Shown in pieces: positions 19,418 to 26,868 of a stretch of DNA of 64,000 nt (positions are counted from its first letter, which is position 1; every line of letters begins with the position of its first letter). The notes under the pieces were generated by a model. The model was given only the letters and a program-made list of their open reading frames with translations, did no database searches and had not been told where the DNA came from. This stretch comes from Escherichia phage vB_EcoM_Alf5. Both the position numbers and the translations under genes were made by a program. The stretch lies in the sequence record KX377933, one strand, 5' to 3'.

Positions 19418-20550
19418 TATGCCTCCCCTGCTGGGTTAACAGTAACTGTTGCTGCATTAGATGTTACAGAGCCACCTGCACCAGTAACTACACAGGCGTA
19501 GCTTCCTGCATCAGCAGTGGTTGCACCTTCTTTGGTGTAAGTTGCAGTAGTTGCATCGAGGATGTCTTCCTCCCCTTTCTTCCACTGATAACCTGTCGCA
19601 CCTGTTGCCGCAACATTCAGCGTTAAGGTCTCACCTTCATTAATTTCTTGATTGGTTGGCTGTTGAGTAATTACTGGAAGTGCGTTCACAGTTACTACAG
19701 CAGCATTAGATGTCACTGCACCACCCGCACCTGTTACAACGCAAGTATATGAACCTGCATCTGCTGGAAGCGCACCAGACTTGCTATAGGTAGCTTCTGT
19801 AGCCGAAGGAATGTCAGAACCATCTTTCTTCCACTGGTAACCTGTCGCACCTGTTGCAGTCACTTCCAAGTTAATGCTTCCACCCTCATTGACAGTCTGA
19901 CCAGAAGGCTGCTGTGTAATCACAGGCAGTGCATTAACAGTAACTGTTGCCACATCTGAGGTGACACTTGTTCCAGCCTCTCCAGATACAACACAAGTGT
20001 ATGAACCTGCATCAGAAGGTAATACAGACTGTTTTGTGTAGGTTGCAGAGGTGGCACTAGTGATATCCTCACCATCCTTTTTCCATTGATATCCAGTGGC
20101 ATTCGTTGCAACAACACTTAGGGTAAGCGTACCACCTTCATTTACTGTTTGATTGGTTGGCTGCTGAGTGATTGCTGGTGGCTTGATAGCATCCTTCAAC
20201 TTAGCATTCAACATTGAGAACGGCTTAACCCTTGCCAGCCATTCACAATAAATTGTATCAACGTCTTTACCATTGATAATTGCATATTGTAAGTCCATGA
20301 AGAAGTCAGAAGTTCTCATTTGAGCACCGATGCTGTAAAGCAACTCATCACTAAATGGAACTTTGTAGTCTGGTTTGTAGTCAAACTCCTCAACTTCTGC
20401 AATATCAGCTTCAGGCCAATACGAACTATAGGTAAGCGGTAAAATAGCCTCTTGATATGTTCTAAAATCATATCTCTTACCAGCTTTTACGTTTGCAATG
20501 AAGCCCTTCACAAACTCTTTGAAGTCTGGGTAAGTCTTTGCTTTAATCAT
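19417..20550 (-). CDS. protein with N-terminal domain plus three tandem Ig-like repeats
   Basis: three ~90-aa repeats of PVITQQP..QTVNEGG..TGYQWKKDG..DAGSYTCVV..VTVNA; stop overlaps lysozyme start. Confidence 0.6.
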   Translation of the reverse strand: MIKAKTYPDFKEFVKGFIANVKAGKRYDFRTYQEAILPLTYSSYWPEADIAEVEEFDYKPDYKVPFSDELLYSIGAQMRTSDFFMDLQYAIINGKDVDTIYCEWLARVKPFSMLNAKLKDAIKPPAITQQPTNQTVNEGGTLTLSVVATNATGYQWKKDGEDITSATSATYTKQSVLPSDAGSYTCVVSGEAGTSVTSDVATVTVNALPVITQQPSGQTVNEGGSINLEVTATGATGYQWKKDGSDIPSATEATYSKSGALPADAGSYTCVVTGAGGAVTSNAAVVTVNALPVITQQPTNQEINEGETLTLNVAATGATGYQWKKGEEDILDATTATYTKEGATTADAGSYACVVTGAGGSVTSNAATVTVNPAGEA

Positions 20551-20918
20551 TTCTTTTTAGCCTCTAAATGTGCGTTTAGTCTAAAATAACCTTTGTGATG
20601 TGGAGATACGTCACCAACAACAATACCTTTAACCTTATAACCTTTACCAATTACATACTGGATATCCATAAGGAATCTTCCAAGACCAACAATATGGAAC
20701 ATTGGATATAGTAGATTCTCAGAATCTGGAATATTTATTTCAGGTTTGTAGGTGCGTTGTTCACTTGTTGGTGTAATATCTTCTTCAGGCCATTTGCTGA
20801 GTCTCCATGTCAAAGGTGTTGGGATAACATCATTAAGGTTGTACCTTTCACCATTTTGCACGGAATTGATATAGGATTGTAGGAAGCAATAAAAGTCTTT
20901 TGCACTCTTAGCCTTCAT
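20547..20918 (-). CDS. paralog of the N-terminal domain of the Ig-repeat protein
   Basis: 123 aa aligning with residues 1-120 of the downstream 377-aa protein (KxxFxxFxxxYIxxVxxGxRY...FLMDIQY). Confidence 0.5.
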   Translation of the reverse strand: MKAKSAKDFYCFLQSYINSVQNGERYNLNDVIPTPLTWRLSKWPEEDITPTSEQRTYKPEINIPDSENLLYPMFHIVGLGRFLMDIQYVIGKGYKVKGIVVGDVSPHHKGYFRLNAHLEAKKK

Positions 20919-20929
20919 TAAATATCCTT

Positions 20930-20957
20930 ATAAATAATTAAAGGGGCATCAGCCCCT
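20930..20957 (-). terminator. possible terminator (minus strand)
   Basis: GGGGC-ATCA-GCCCC hairpin flanked by AT-rich run. Confidence 0.35.
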
Positions 20958-20965
20958 ATTCACAC

Positions 20966-21556
20966 TTAAGCTTTGGTCTTAAGTAGGTTCTTAAGTTTTT
21001 TAAGATTCATACTCTCATCAAACTTAAAACCAAATCCATTGACATAATCAATGAACTCGGATTTCTTACTGAGTGACAATGCGTAACTCATATCAAAGTT
21101 CTTACTTGTTTCTGCGTCTGGACTAGAGTTCACATCAAATGAAATTTCTGTAGGCTCTTGCTTACTTTTTCTCATATTATCAGTCAATAAACATGTATAG
21201 TTTGCTGGATAGAAGTTTACACTACCATCAACGTAGCTGTACTTATTATTATGAATAAGGTTGGAAAATACCTTAAGGAATGTTTCTGAGTCGTGGCAAA
21301 CAAGTTTGAATTGGCTGGACTCTCCAAGCGCAACTAATGAGTACGGACTTTCACTATCAAAGTCATATTTTGGATTCGATGCCGTCACTGTTACACGCAT
21401 CAAGTTATTAGCAATAGTCTTCTGTTTAAAAGAATTTTGAACATAGTGAAGACCCCTCTCACACTGATTGACTAGCTCTTTAAGTAGGTCATTTGCATAA
21501 GGTGAGTTAATTGATACAGAGCCATCACTATTGTAATTAAAACTTACTGTTAGCAT
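20966..21556 (-). CDS. hypothetical protein
   Basis: 196-aa ORF. Confidence 0.45.
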   Translation of the reverse strand: MLTVSFNYNSDGSVSINSPYANDLLKELVNQCERGLHYVQNSFKQKTIANNLMRVTVTASNPKYDFDSESPYSLVALGESSQFKLVCHDSETFLKVFSNLIHNNKYSYVDGSVNFYPANYTCLLTDNMRKSKQEPTEISFDVNSSPDAETSKNFDMSYALSLSKKSEFIDYVNGFGFKFDESMNLKKLKNLLKTKA

Positions 21557-21783
21557 TTTTCAGTTCTCCTGCGATTTATAATTTTGCTGCAATAGAGAAA
21601 CGAAGTAAACTCACTGGAAGAAACCACTAAGTGTTGTTCACTAGATTGAGCCATTGCCCTGAAATACATTCCAGTCAAAGCATCATAGTGACTATTCTTT
21701 CCAATTGAGGTTATATAGCCATGACTCTTTGCAGTTTGATATAAATCTATAATATCTGCGATTTCTAATTGGGAACTACACAT
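21550..21783 (-). CDS. hypothetical protein
   Basis: 77-aa ORF. Confidence 0.35.
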   Translation of the reverse strand: MCSSQLEIADIIDLYQTAKSHGYITSIGKNSHYDALTGMYFRAMAQSSEQHLVVSSSEFTSFLYCSKIINRRRTEKC

Positions 21784-22021
21784 AGATAATCCTCTTGTCT
21801 TCTGTAATTTTGAAAGAACAGGTACAGACCAATTTCAGAGGATGAATAGTAGATTAATTCTACCCTTTTTGATTCCTTACAGTGATTGGTATTCTTACCT
21901 TTCTTCGGTTTATTTGATTTTCTCATTAAGTCTCCTTTGTAGAACAAGGCAGACCTACAGCTTTAAGTAAGATGGTACAGTAATCCATACAACAAGTCAA
22001 GAACTATTGCAAGTTAAAAAA

Positions 22022-22060
22022 GTTGTTGACAAAGTACTTGACAAGGTATAGGCTTATAAA
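22022..22060 (+). promoter_or_regulatory. sigma70-like promoter
   Basis: aaaaagTTGTTGACA with downstream TATAGG/TATAAAT in divergent intergenic region. Confidence 0.4.
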
Positions 22061-22175
22061 TACTTAGAAGATAACTTAAAAGGTTCCTCTAAAAAGGCTA
22101 TTTAAACAGATATCTTTCTGGATATCTATCTTTTATCTTAAAAGCCTTTTAAGAGGTCTTATAAGAGGCATACCA

Positions 22176-22547
22176 ATGAAAAACAGAACAAACAAAGGCC
22201 AGTTTAAAAAAGGCCAGTCTGGAAACCCATCTGGAAGACCAAAAGGCTCTCGTAACAAAAGCTCACTCGTAAAAGCTCAACTGACCATTGATAATTCTGC
22301 TGAGTTTGCTGCAAAATTGTTTGAGGCGATTGTTACAAGGGACGCTGCTAAGCTTGCAGAGTTCGGTTTGACGACTGACGATGTAAACCTGAAGTCGATG
22401 ATGGAAGCTGGTAAAACTATCATGACCCACTCAGCAGGTGAGATGAAAGCGATTGCAGCAGACACTAAGAAGACCCCTGATAATGGTGGTCAAACCCAGA
22501 CAGATAACAAACCAACGTTTTCTGCTGTAGCGACTCTCAAAAAATAA
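22176..22547 (+). CDS. hypothetical protein with N-terminal KKGQSGNPSGRPKG motif
   Basis: 123-aa ORF; Gly/Pro/basic N-terminal motif, Ala-rich helical middle. Confidence 0.45.
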   Translation: MKNRTNKGQFKKGQSGNPSGRPKGSRNKSSLVKAQLTIDNSAEFAAKLFEAIVTRDAAKLAEFGLTTDDVNLKSMMEAGKTIMTHSAGEMKAIAADTKKTPDNGGQTQTDNKPTFSAVATLKK

Positions 22548-22626
22548 TTTTAAAAGGTGTTGACAGACTCTACAAAGTTGCTCTAAAGTCTGTCACATCA
22601 AACAACAATGAGAGAAGAGAGTAAAT

Positions 22627-24042
22627 ATGAGCGAGTTATTTAAACATGCACACCTTCATGCAGGTCGGACTGAAAATGGTGCTGTAAACCATACTTCATC
22701 AATGTCTGCTCTGGTAGACTTTTACAAAGCCGCTGGCTCAAGCCGTAGCAATGTAGAAATCTTACCAGACCTGTTCTACAAAGCTTTGCATGAGGATGTT
22801 GATGTTGCAGTTCGTATTTTACTGCATATGCGAGATGTACGAGAAGGTATGGGTGAGCGTAAAGCTTTCCGAACTGTTTTACTTCAAGCAATTGAAGATA
22901 AAGTTTTAGAGCCTACACAGGTTCTTCGCATTATGGATAAGATTGCAGAACTTGGTCGTTTTGATGACTTCAAAATCTTCGTAGGTACTCGTTTCGAGAC
23001 GGATGCCTTCAAACATTTAGAGGCAGCATTACTAGACCCTGCAACAGCAGGTTTGGCAGCTAAGTGGTTACCACGAGTCAAACCACGTCATAAGCAGTTT
23101 GTAAAACGTTTCTGCAAGTTTGCCAACTTGAGTGAGAAAGAGTACCGCACACTGTTATCTGCACTGTCTGATACGGTTGAGCAAAAAATCTCTGCTAATG
23201 AGTTTGGTAAGATTGACTACAGCAAGATTCCTTCACTCGCTGCTGCACGTTACCAAAAGCTCTTTAACCGCAAAGATGGAGAACGTTACAAAGCTTACAT
23301 CGAATCACTCTCAAAGGGTGAGTCTAAGATTAACGCTGGTGCTGTTTATCCATACGATGTGATTAAGTCTATCAAGCATGGTAATGCAGATGTTGCCAAT
23401 GAGCAGTGGAAAGCACTACCAAACTGGATGGCAGAAGGTGAGAACATCTTGTGTATGACTGATGTTTCAAGCTCAATGTCTTGGGTGAATCTTGGTTCAA
23501 TCACTGCCCTTGATATTGGTGTATCACTTGCCTTGTATGTAGCAGAACGCAATACAGGTTGCTTTAAGGATGAGTTGATGGTTTATTCAACAAACCCTCA
23601 CTTCATTGAACTGAGTGGTGATTTACGAAACCGTCATCGTCAGGTGATGCGACACGTTGAATATGGCTCAACTAACTTACAGGCAGCTTTTGACCGCATT
23701 CTTGAGGTAGGTAAAAGAAACAACTTGACTCAGAAAGATATGCCAAGTAAGCTTATCATCTTCTCTGATATGGAGTTCAATCAGGTTGATGGAGCTAATG
23801 GTCGTACAAACTTTGAAGCAATTCAGAGTAAGTACAAAAAAGCTGGATATGAGATGCCACAACTGGTATTCTGGTACTTAGCAAACCGTAATGGTACTTG
23901 CGAAGTGTCTGTTAAGGATAACGGTGTAGCAATGGTATCTGGTTTCTCTCCAGCCACTTTAAAAGCTTTGCTTGGTGGTGAGAAGTTTGACCCAATCAGT
24001 GTAATGCTCAAAGCAGTAATGATTGACCGTTACATCTGGTAA
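22627..24042 (+). CDS. Ro60/Rsr-like protein (TROVE-like N-terminal region plus vWA domain with MIDAS)
   Basis: 471 aa; LCMTDVSSSM (DxSxS), downstream GSTNL and IIFSDMEF fit a vWA MIDAS; ERKAFRTVL resembles Ro60 TROVE as recalled. Confidence 0.55.
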   Translation: MSELFKHAHLHAGRTENGAVNHTSSMSALVDFYKAAGSSRSNVEILPDLFYKALHEDVDVAVRILLHMRDVREGMGERKAFRTVLLQAIEDKVLEPTQVLRIMDKIAELGRFDDFKIFVGTRFETDAFKHLEAALLDPATAGLAAKWLPRVKPRHKQFVKRFCKFANLSEKEYRTLLSALSDTVEQKISANEFGKIDYSKIPSLAAARYQKLFNRKDGERYKAYIESLSKGESKINAGAVYPYDVIKSIKHGNADVANEQWKALPNWMAEGENILCMTDVSSSMSWVNLGSITALDIGVSLALYVAERNTGCFKDELMVYSTNPHFIELSGDLRNRHRQVMRHVEYGSTNLQAAFDRILEVGKRNNLTQKDMPSKLIIFSDMEFNQVDGANGRTNFEAIQSKYKKAGYEMPQLVFWYLANRNGTCEVSVKDNGVAMVSGFSPATLKALLGGEKFDPISVMLKAVMIDRYIW

Positions 24043-24056
24043 AAAGTTTTAAAAAG

Positions 24057-24095
24057 GGTATTGACAATGTGTTTGATACCCTTTAATATGTTCTA
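24057..24095 (+). promoter_or_regulatory. sigma70-like promoter upstream of tRNA island
   Basis: TTGACA, 17-bp spacer, TAATAT. Confidence 0.45.
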
Positions 24096-24207
24096 CATAG
24101 AAACGAAATGAGAGCTTTTCTAAGATACTGAAAAATATTTTAAAAAAGTTCTTGACAATCACTAAAAAATAATGTTAAAGTGGTTACATAGAGTTTGAAA
24201 AGTTTAT

Positions 24208-24284
24208 CTCTGTTTAGCTCAGCTTGGTAGAGCGTTCCGTTTGGGGCGGTAAGGCCGGAGGTTCAAGTCCTCCAACAGAGACCA
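24208..24284 (+). tRNA. tRNA, anticodon TGG (Pro)
   Basis: 7-bp acceptor ctctgtt/aacagag, D-stem gctc/gagc, T-arm ggagg-ttcaagt-cctcc, encoded CCA. Confidence 0.55.
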
Positions 24285-24291
24285 AATTAAT

Positions 24292-24369
24292 GTTCCAGTA
24301 GACAAAATGGTAAAGTCACCACTCTTTCAAAGTGGATATTTGAGGGTTCAAATCCCTTCTGGAACGCCA
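24292..24369 (+). tRNA. tRNA, anticodon TTC (Glu)
   Basis: acceptor gttccag/ctggaac, anticodon arm ccact-ctttcaa-agtgg, T-loop ttcaaat, CCA. Confidence 0.6.
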
Positions 24370-24375
24370 GTTTTG

Positions 24376-24452
24376 ACAGAAGACCAATTACAGCAAACTT
24401 AATCTACTCATCTGACACGAAATCGGACAAAGAAGATATTTGGTCTGGTCAT
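24376..24452 (+). ncRNA. repeat module A: conserved stem-forming motif pair
   Basis: agaccaa (24381-87) pairs with ttggtct (24440-46); shared flanks acagaagacc and ggtctggt. Confidence 0.35.
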
Positions 24453-24459
24453 TAAGAAT

Positions 24460-24536
24460 TGCGGGTATAGAGAAAGGGCGTCTCACATGTCTCATTAGCA
24501 TGGTATCGGCAGGTTCGACTCCTGCACCCGCCTCCA
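24460..24536 (+). tRNA. tRNA, anticodon CAT (Met)
   Basis: D-stem gaga/tctc, anticodon arm catgt-ctcatta-gcatg, T-arm gcagg-ttcgact-cctgc; 1:72 appears unpaired. Confidence 0.5.
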
Positions 24537-24541
24537 AATTT

Positions 24542-24610
24542 ACAGAAGACCGTTTACAGCAATATTTATTAAATTTTTAGCGGAAAAATTGAAAGATACG
24601 GTCTGGTAAT
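24542..24610 (+). ncRNA. repeat module B
   Basis: agaccgt (24547-53) pairs with acggtct (24598-604); same acagaagacc...ttacagcaa / ggtctggt flanks. Confidence 0.35.
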
Positions 24611-24619
24611 ACTAAACAT

Positions 24620-24696
24620 GGTTAGGAAGCACATAAGGTATGTGCGGTCGCCTGTTAAGCGAATGGCACAGGGTTCGAATCCCTGACTAACCGCCA
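24620..24696 (+). tRNA. tRNA, anticodon GTT (Asn)
   Basis: D-stem gcac/gtgc, anticodon loop ctgttaa, T-arm caggg-ttcgaat-ccctg, CCA. Confidence 0.55.
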
Positions 24697-24765
24697 AATT
24701 TAGGAGAGAAGCGATTGCTCACCGATTTGTAAGGTGCAAGTCCTTAGCCTGAATAGAAATTAAAT

Positions 24766-24853
24766 GTGTCGTTATCCCGTAGATGGTAGCGGTGGGGACT
24801 GTAAATCCCTTGTCATTGAGACTCGGTAGGTTCGACTCCTACACGGCACACCA
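24766..24853 (+). tRNA. tRNA, anticodon GTA (Tyr), long variable arm
   Basis: acceptor gtgtcgt/acggcac, anticodon loop ctgtaaa, 15-nt variable arm, T-arm gtagg-ttcgact-cctac. Confidence 0.6.
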
Positions 24854-24858
24854 ATAAA

Positions 24859-24936
24859 GGTTATGTAGTTTAATTTGGTTAAAATACTCCCCTGTCACGG
24901 GAGATGATGAGGGTTCAAATCCCTTCGTAGCCGCCA
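24859..24936 (+). tRNA. tRNA, anticodon GTC (Asp)
   Basis: anticodon arm ctccc-ctgtcac-gggag, T-loop ttcaaat, CCA. Confidence 0.6.
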
Positions 24937-24963
24937 ATTTTGAGAGGACTATTTAGCCCCTCC

Positions 24964-24995
24964 CTTAAAGAGTTCTTACGAGTATTCTTTAAAGG
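24964..24995 (+). promoter_or_regulatory. hairpin with conserved loop GTTCTTACGAGTAT
   Basis: cttaaagag-gttcttacgagtat-tctttaaag; a second copy with the same loop occurs at 28346-28377. Confidence 0.4.
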
Positions 24996-24996
24996 A

Positions 24997-25072
24997 GCAG
25001 AAGACCAAATTCAGCAAGAACGTATGAAATTTCAAGCCAATTTAATTTTGAAAATTTAAACTTGGTCTGGCT
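24997..25072 (+). ncRNA. repeat module C
   Basis: agaccaa (25002-08) pairs with ttggtct (25062-68); degenerate copy of modules A/B. Confidence 0.3.
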
Positions 25073-25081
25073 CAACAAATT

Positions 25082-25218
25082 TACAGAAGACCGTTTACAG
25101 CAAAACTTAAACAATCTATTTCTCCGGTAAAGAAAAGGCGAAGGTTCGATTCCTTCACTCGGCAGATGTCGAGTTGGTGTAATGGTAGCACTTAAGATGA
25201 TAAACAACGGTCTGGTAA
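25082..25218 (+). ncRNA. candidate Y RNA-like ncRNA with permuted tRNA-like domain
   Basis: 8-bp stem agaccgtt (25088-95) / aacggtct (25206-13) encloses T-arm gaagg-ttcgatt-ccttc, hairpin actcggc-agat-gtcgagt and D-arm gtgt-aatggta-gcac. Confidence 0.45.
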
Positions 25219-25358
25219 TTATCTTTGTAGATAAGTTATTAAGCTTACCTGTGAGTATGCGACCACAAAGGGTGAAAGGGTAAATTCTAGATTTAAACCC
25301 AAAAAGGCACATCGCTACAGACCTTAAGCAAGTCTGGGTAGCTTATCTACAAAGATAA
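25219..25358 (+). repeat. 17-bp perfect inverted repeat enclosing ~105 nt
   Basis: ttatctttgtagataag (25219-35) and cttatctacaaagataa (25342-58) are exact reverse complements. Confidence 0.6.
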
Positions 25359-25364
25359 TTTAAT

Positions 25365-25440
25365 GGAAGTGTAGCAGAATGGTGATGCGGCAGACTTTTA
25401 ATCTGACAGGCGATGGGTTCGAATCCCTCCACTTCTACCA
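25365..25440 (+). tRNA. tRNA, anticodon TTT (Lys)
   Basis: acceptor ggaagtg/cacttct, anticodon arm (g)caga-cttttaa-tctg, T-loop ttcgaat, CCA. Confidence 0.5.
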
Positions 25441-25444
25441 ATAT

Positions 25445-25521
25445 GGTTCAGTCGCAGATAAGGTAATGCAAGGGTCTCATAAGCCCTATGAATGTGGGTT
25501 CGATTCCCATCTGAACCTCCA
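25445..25521 (+). tRNA. tRNA, anticodon CAT (Met or Ile2)
   Basis: acceptor ggttcag/ctgaacc, anticodon arm agggt-ctcataa-gccct, T-loop ttcgatt, CCA. Confidence 0.5.
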
Positions 25522-25598
25522 AGCTGGTATAGTTAAGAAGGTTATAACACTCCCCTGATAAGGGAACATCGGTGGTTCGATTCCACCTACCAGTACCA
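25522..25598 (+). tRNA. tRNA, anticodon GAT (Ile)
   Basis: D-stem gtta/taac, anticodon loop ctgataa, T-arm ggtgg-ttcgatt-ccacc, CCA. Confidence 0.55.
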
Positions 25599-25606
25599 AT
25601 TTCAAT

Positions 25607-25645
25607 AAAGTTGTTGACATTGAGATGTGACTACTTTATAGTAAC
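25607..25645 (+). promoter_or_regulatory. sigma70-like promoter inside tRNA island
   Basis: aaagTTGTTGACA, 17-bp spacer, TATAGT. Confidence 0.45.
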
Positions 25646-25846
25646 CTTAGTTTTCGTTGCGTAGCGTCTATTTTGCAAATTTAAAATAAATGCAAACGAC
25701 AATGTTTTTCTGGCAGTAGCTTGATAGGCTAAACACCAGTGAGGTCTTCCAATCCCTCATCAAAGAATTTGGCGTACTAGCCCACGGTATGATTAATAAG
25801 GTGGGCATCTTTAAGGGCTTTCTAAGAGAGTCTTTAAAGATAATTA

Positions 25847-25928
25847 CGGGGCGTATCTCAGCGGTCTTCTAAACCGCCGTTAACCGAGTAAGTGGAGTAT
25901 GCGGGTTCGAGTCCTGCCGCCTCGACCA
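25847..25928 (+). tRNA. atypical tRNA-like element, anticodon-like loop TCT (Arg?)
   Basis: 7-bp acceptor cggggcg/cgcctcg and T-arm present, perfect hairpin gcggt-cttctaa-accgc, but no canonical D-arm; 23 nt before T-arm. Confidence 0.3.
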
Positions 25929-25942
25929 ATTTTGGAGAAATC

Positions 25943-26290
25943 ATGAAAACTTGTATTAGGTGCAAACTTAGCAAGGATGAAAATGATTTCTACATGAAAG
26001 ATGGTAGGAGGACTCATTCATACTGTAAAAAGTGTGTTAATGAGCAAACCATAGAAAGACAAAGAGCACTTAAACTCTCAGCTATTGAGTACAAAGGTGG
26101 GGTTTGTCATGATTGTGGTAAAAAGTATCATCCAGCAGTGTATGACTTCCATCATTTGAATCCTTCAGATAAAGATTTTAACATTGGTCATAGGAAAAGC
26201 CTTAAGTTCTCTCAAGAACTAAAAGATGAACTTGACAAATGTGTTTTGCTATGTTCAAATTGCCATAGGGTAAGACATGCAAAGTATTAG
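25943..26290 (+). CDS. HNH homing endonuclease
   Basis: CxxC...HHLNPSDKDFNIGH...CSNCH motifs; ATG at 25943 with GGAG RBS; track start 25892 lies inside the tRNA-like element. Confidence 0.65.
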   Translation: MKTCIRCKLSKDENDFYMKDGRRTHSYCKKCVNEQTIERQRALKLSAIEYKGGVCHDCGKKYHPAVYDFHHLNPSDKDFNIGHRKSLKFSQELKDELDKCVLLCSNCHRVRHAKY

Positions 26291-26427
26291 TTAGCAGATT
26301 ACTTAGACGACCTTAGCGGGTCTTCCTGTAGGGAGGTGGTCTGTATCTCATGTTTTCCAGAACATGTAAATAATCTGAGAAGGGGCTTTACAGTGTTGAG
26401 ATAATACGGTAAGCTTCGAATTATAGT

Positions 26428-26510
26428 ATGGGACGATGTTAAGACTCTAAGGCATGAGCAACGGCCTCCAAAACCGTTTCAAAGGGGTTCAACTCCTCCG
26501 TCCCATGCCA
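26428..26510 (+). tRNA. atypical tRNA, anticodon CCA (Trp?) with ~7 extra nt between acceptor and D-arm
   Basis: perfect acceptor atgggac/gtcccat, anticodon arm acggc-ctccaaa-accgt, T-loop ttcaact, CCA. Confidence 0.4.
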
Positions 26511-26523
26511 AAGTCTTATTAGG

Positions 26524-26611
26524 GGTAGGTAGCGGCTAATGGTAGCCAAACTGTCTTGAAAACAGTTGCCACTGTAGAGATACGGTGAGGGTTCGACTCC
26601 TTTACTTACCG
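26524..26611 (+). tRNA. tRNA, anticodon TGA (Ser), long variable arm
   Basis: anticodon arm actgt-cttgaaa-acagt, ~20-nt variable arm, T-arm gaggg-ttcgact-ccttt; no encoded CCA. Confidence 0.55.
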
Positions 26612-26868
26612 CCTAATAAGATTTAAAGCCAAGCTTCATTCGGATGTCGCTTTGGTATCCCGCGTGTATTGTCGTACACACTGATAAAACACCTAGTAGG
26701 TGTCACGGAGAAGAGATAATATCAAGCTCTCCAAAGGTTCTAGTCACCGGATTAAACAAGACTATGCAAAGACCTTTTTAGGTCTTTTTAGAGGGCTTCT
26801 AAGGTTATTACAGCTTGTTGTGGAACCTTGTTGCTTAGGTTCTTAGAAGTTCTCTAAAAAGATTTAAT

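Noticed and set aside
16444-19626. Plus-strand ORFs inside the minus-strand block (16444-16629, 17396-17677, 18255-18473, 18732-18947, 18981-19184, 19100-19363, 19405-19626)
   Set aside because: All are antisense to longer, tightly coupled minus-strand ORFs; treated as shadow ORFs.
21765-21947. Minus-strand ORF of 60 aa at the end of the minus block
   Set aside because: Low-complexity basic product in the divergent promoter region; coding status too uncertain to list.
24697-24765. 70-nt spacer with aagg-tgcaagt-cctt hairpin considered as a degenerate tRNA
   Set aside because: The loop lacks the TTC signature and no acceptor or D-arm pairing could be found.
25140-25191. T-arm plus acceptor 3' strand followed by acceptor 5' strand plus D-arm, considered as a split or permuted tRNA gene
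   Set aside because: No anticodon arm can be formed on either side and the unit is enclosed by a long-range stem, so a tRNA-mimic ncRNA fits better than a functional permuted tRNA.
24989-25312. Minus-strand ORF of 107 aa
   Set aside because: It overlaps the repeat module and the tRNA-like element on the opposite strand.
25892-25942. ORF-track start of the HNH gene at 25892
   Set aside because: The first 17 codons lie inside the tRNA-like element; the in-frame ATG at 25943 has a GGAG RBS.
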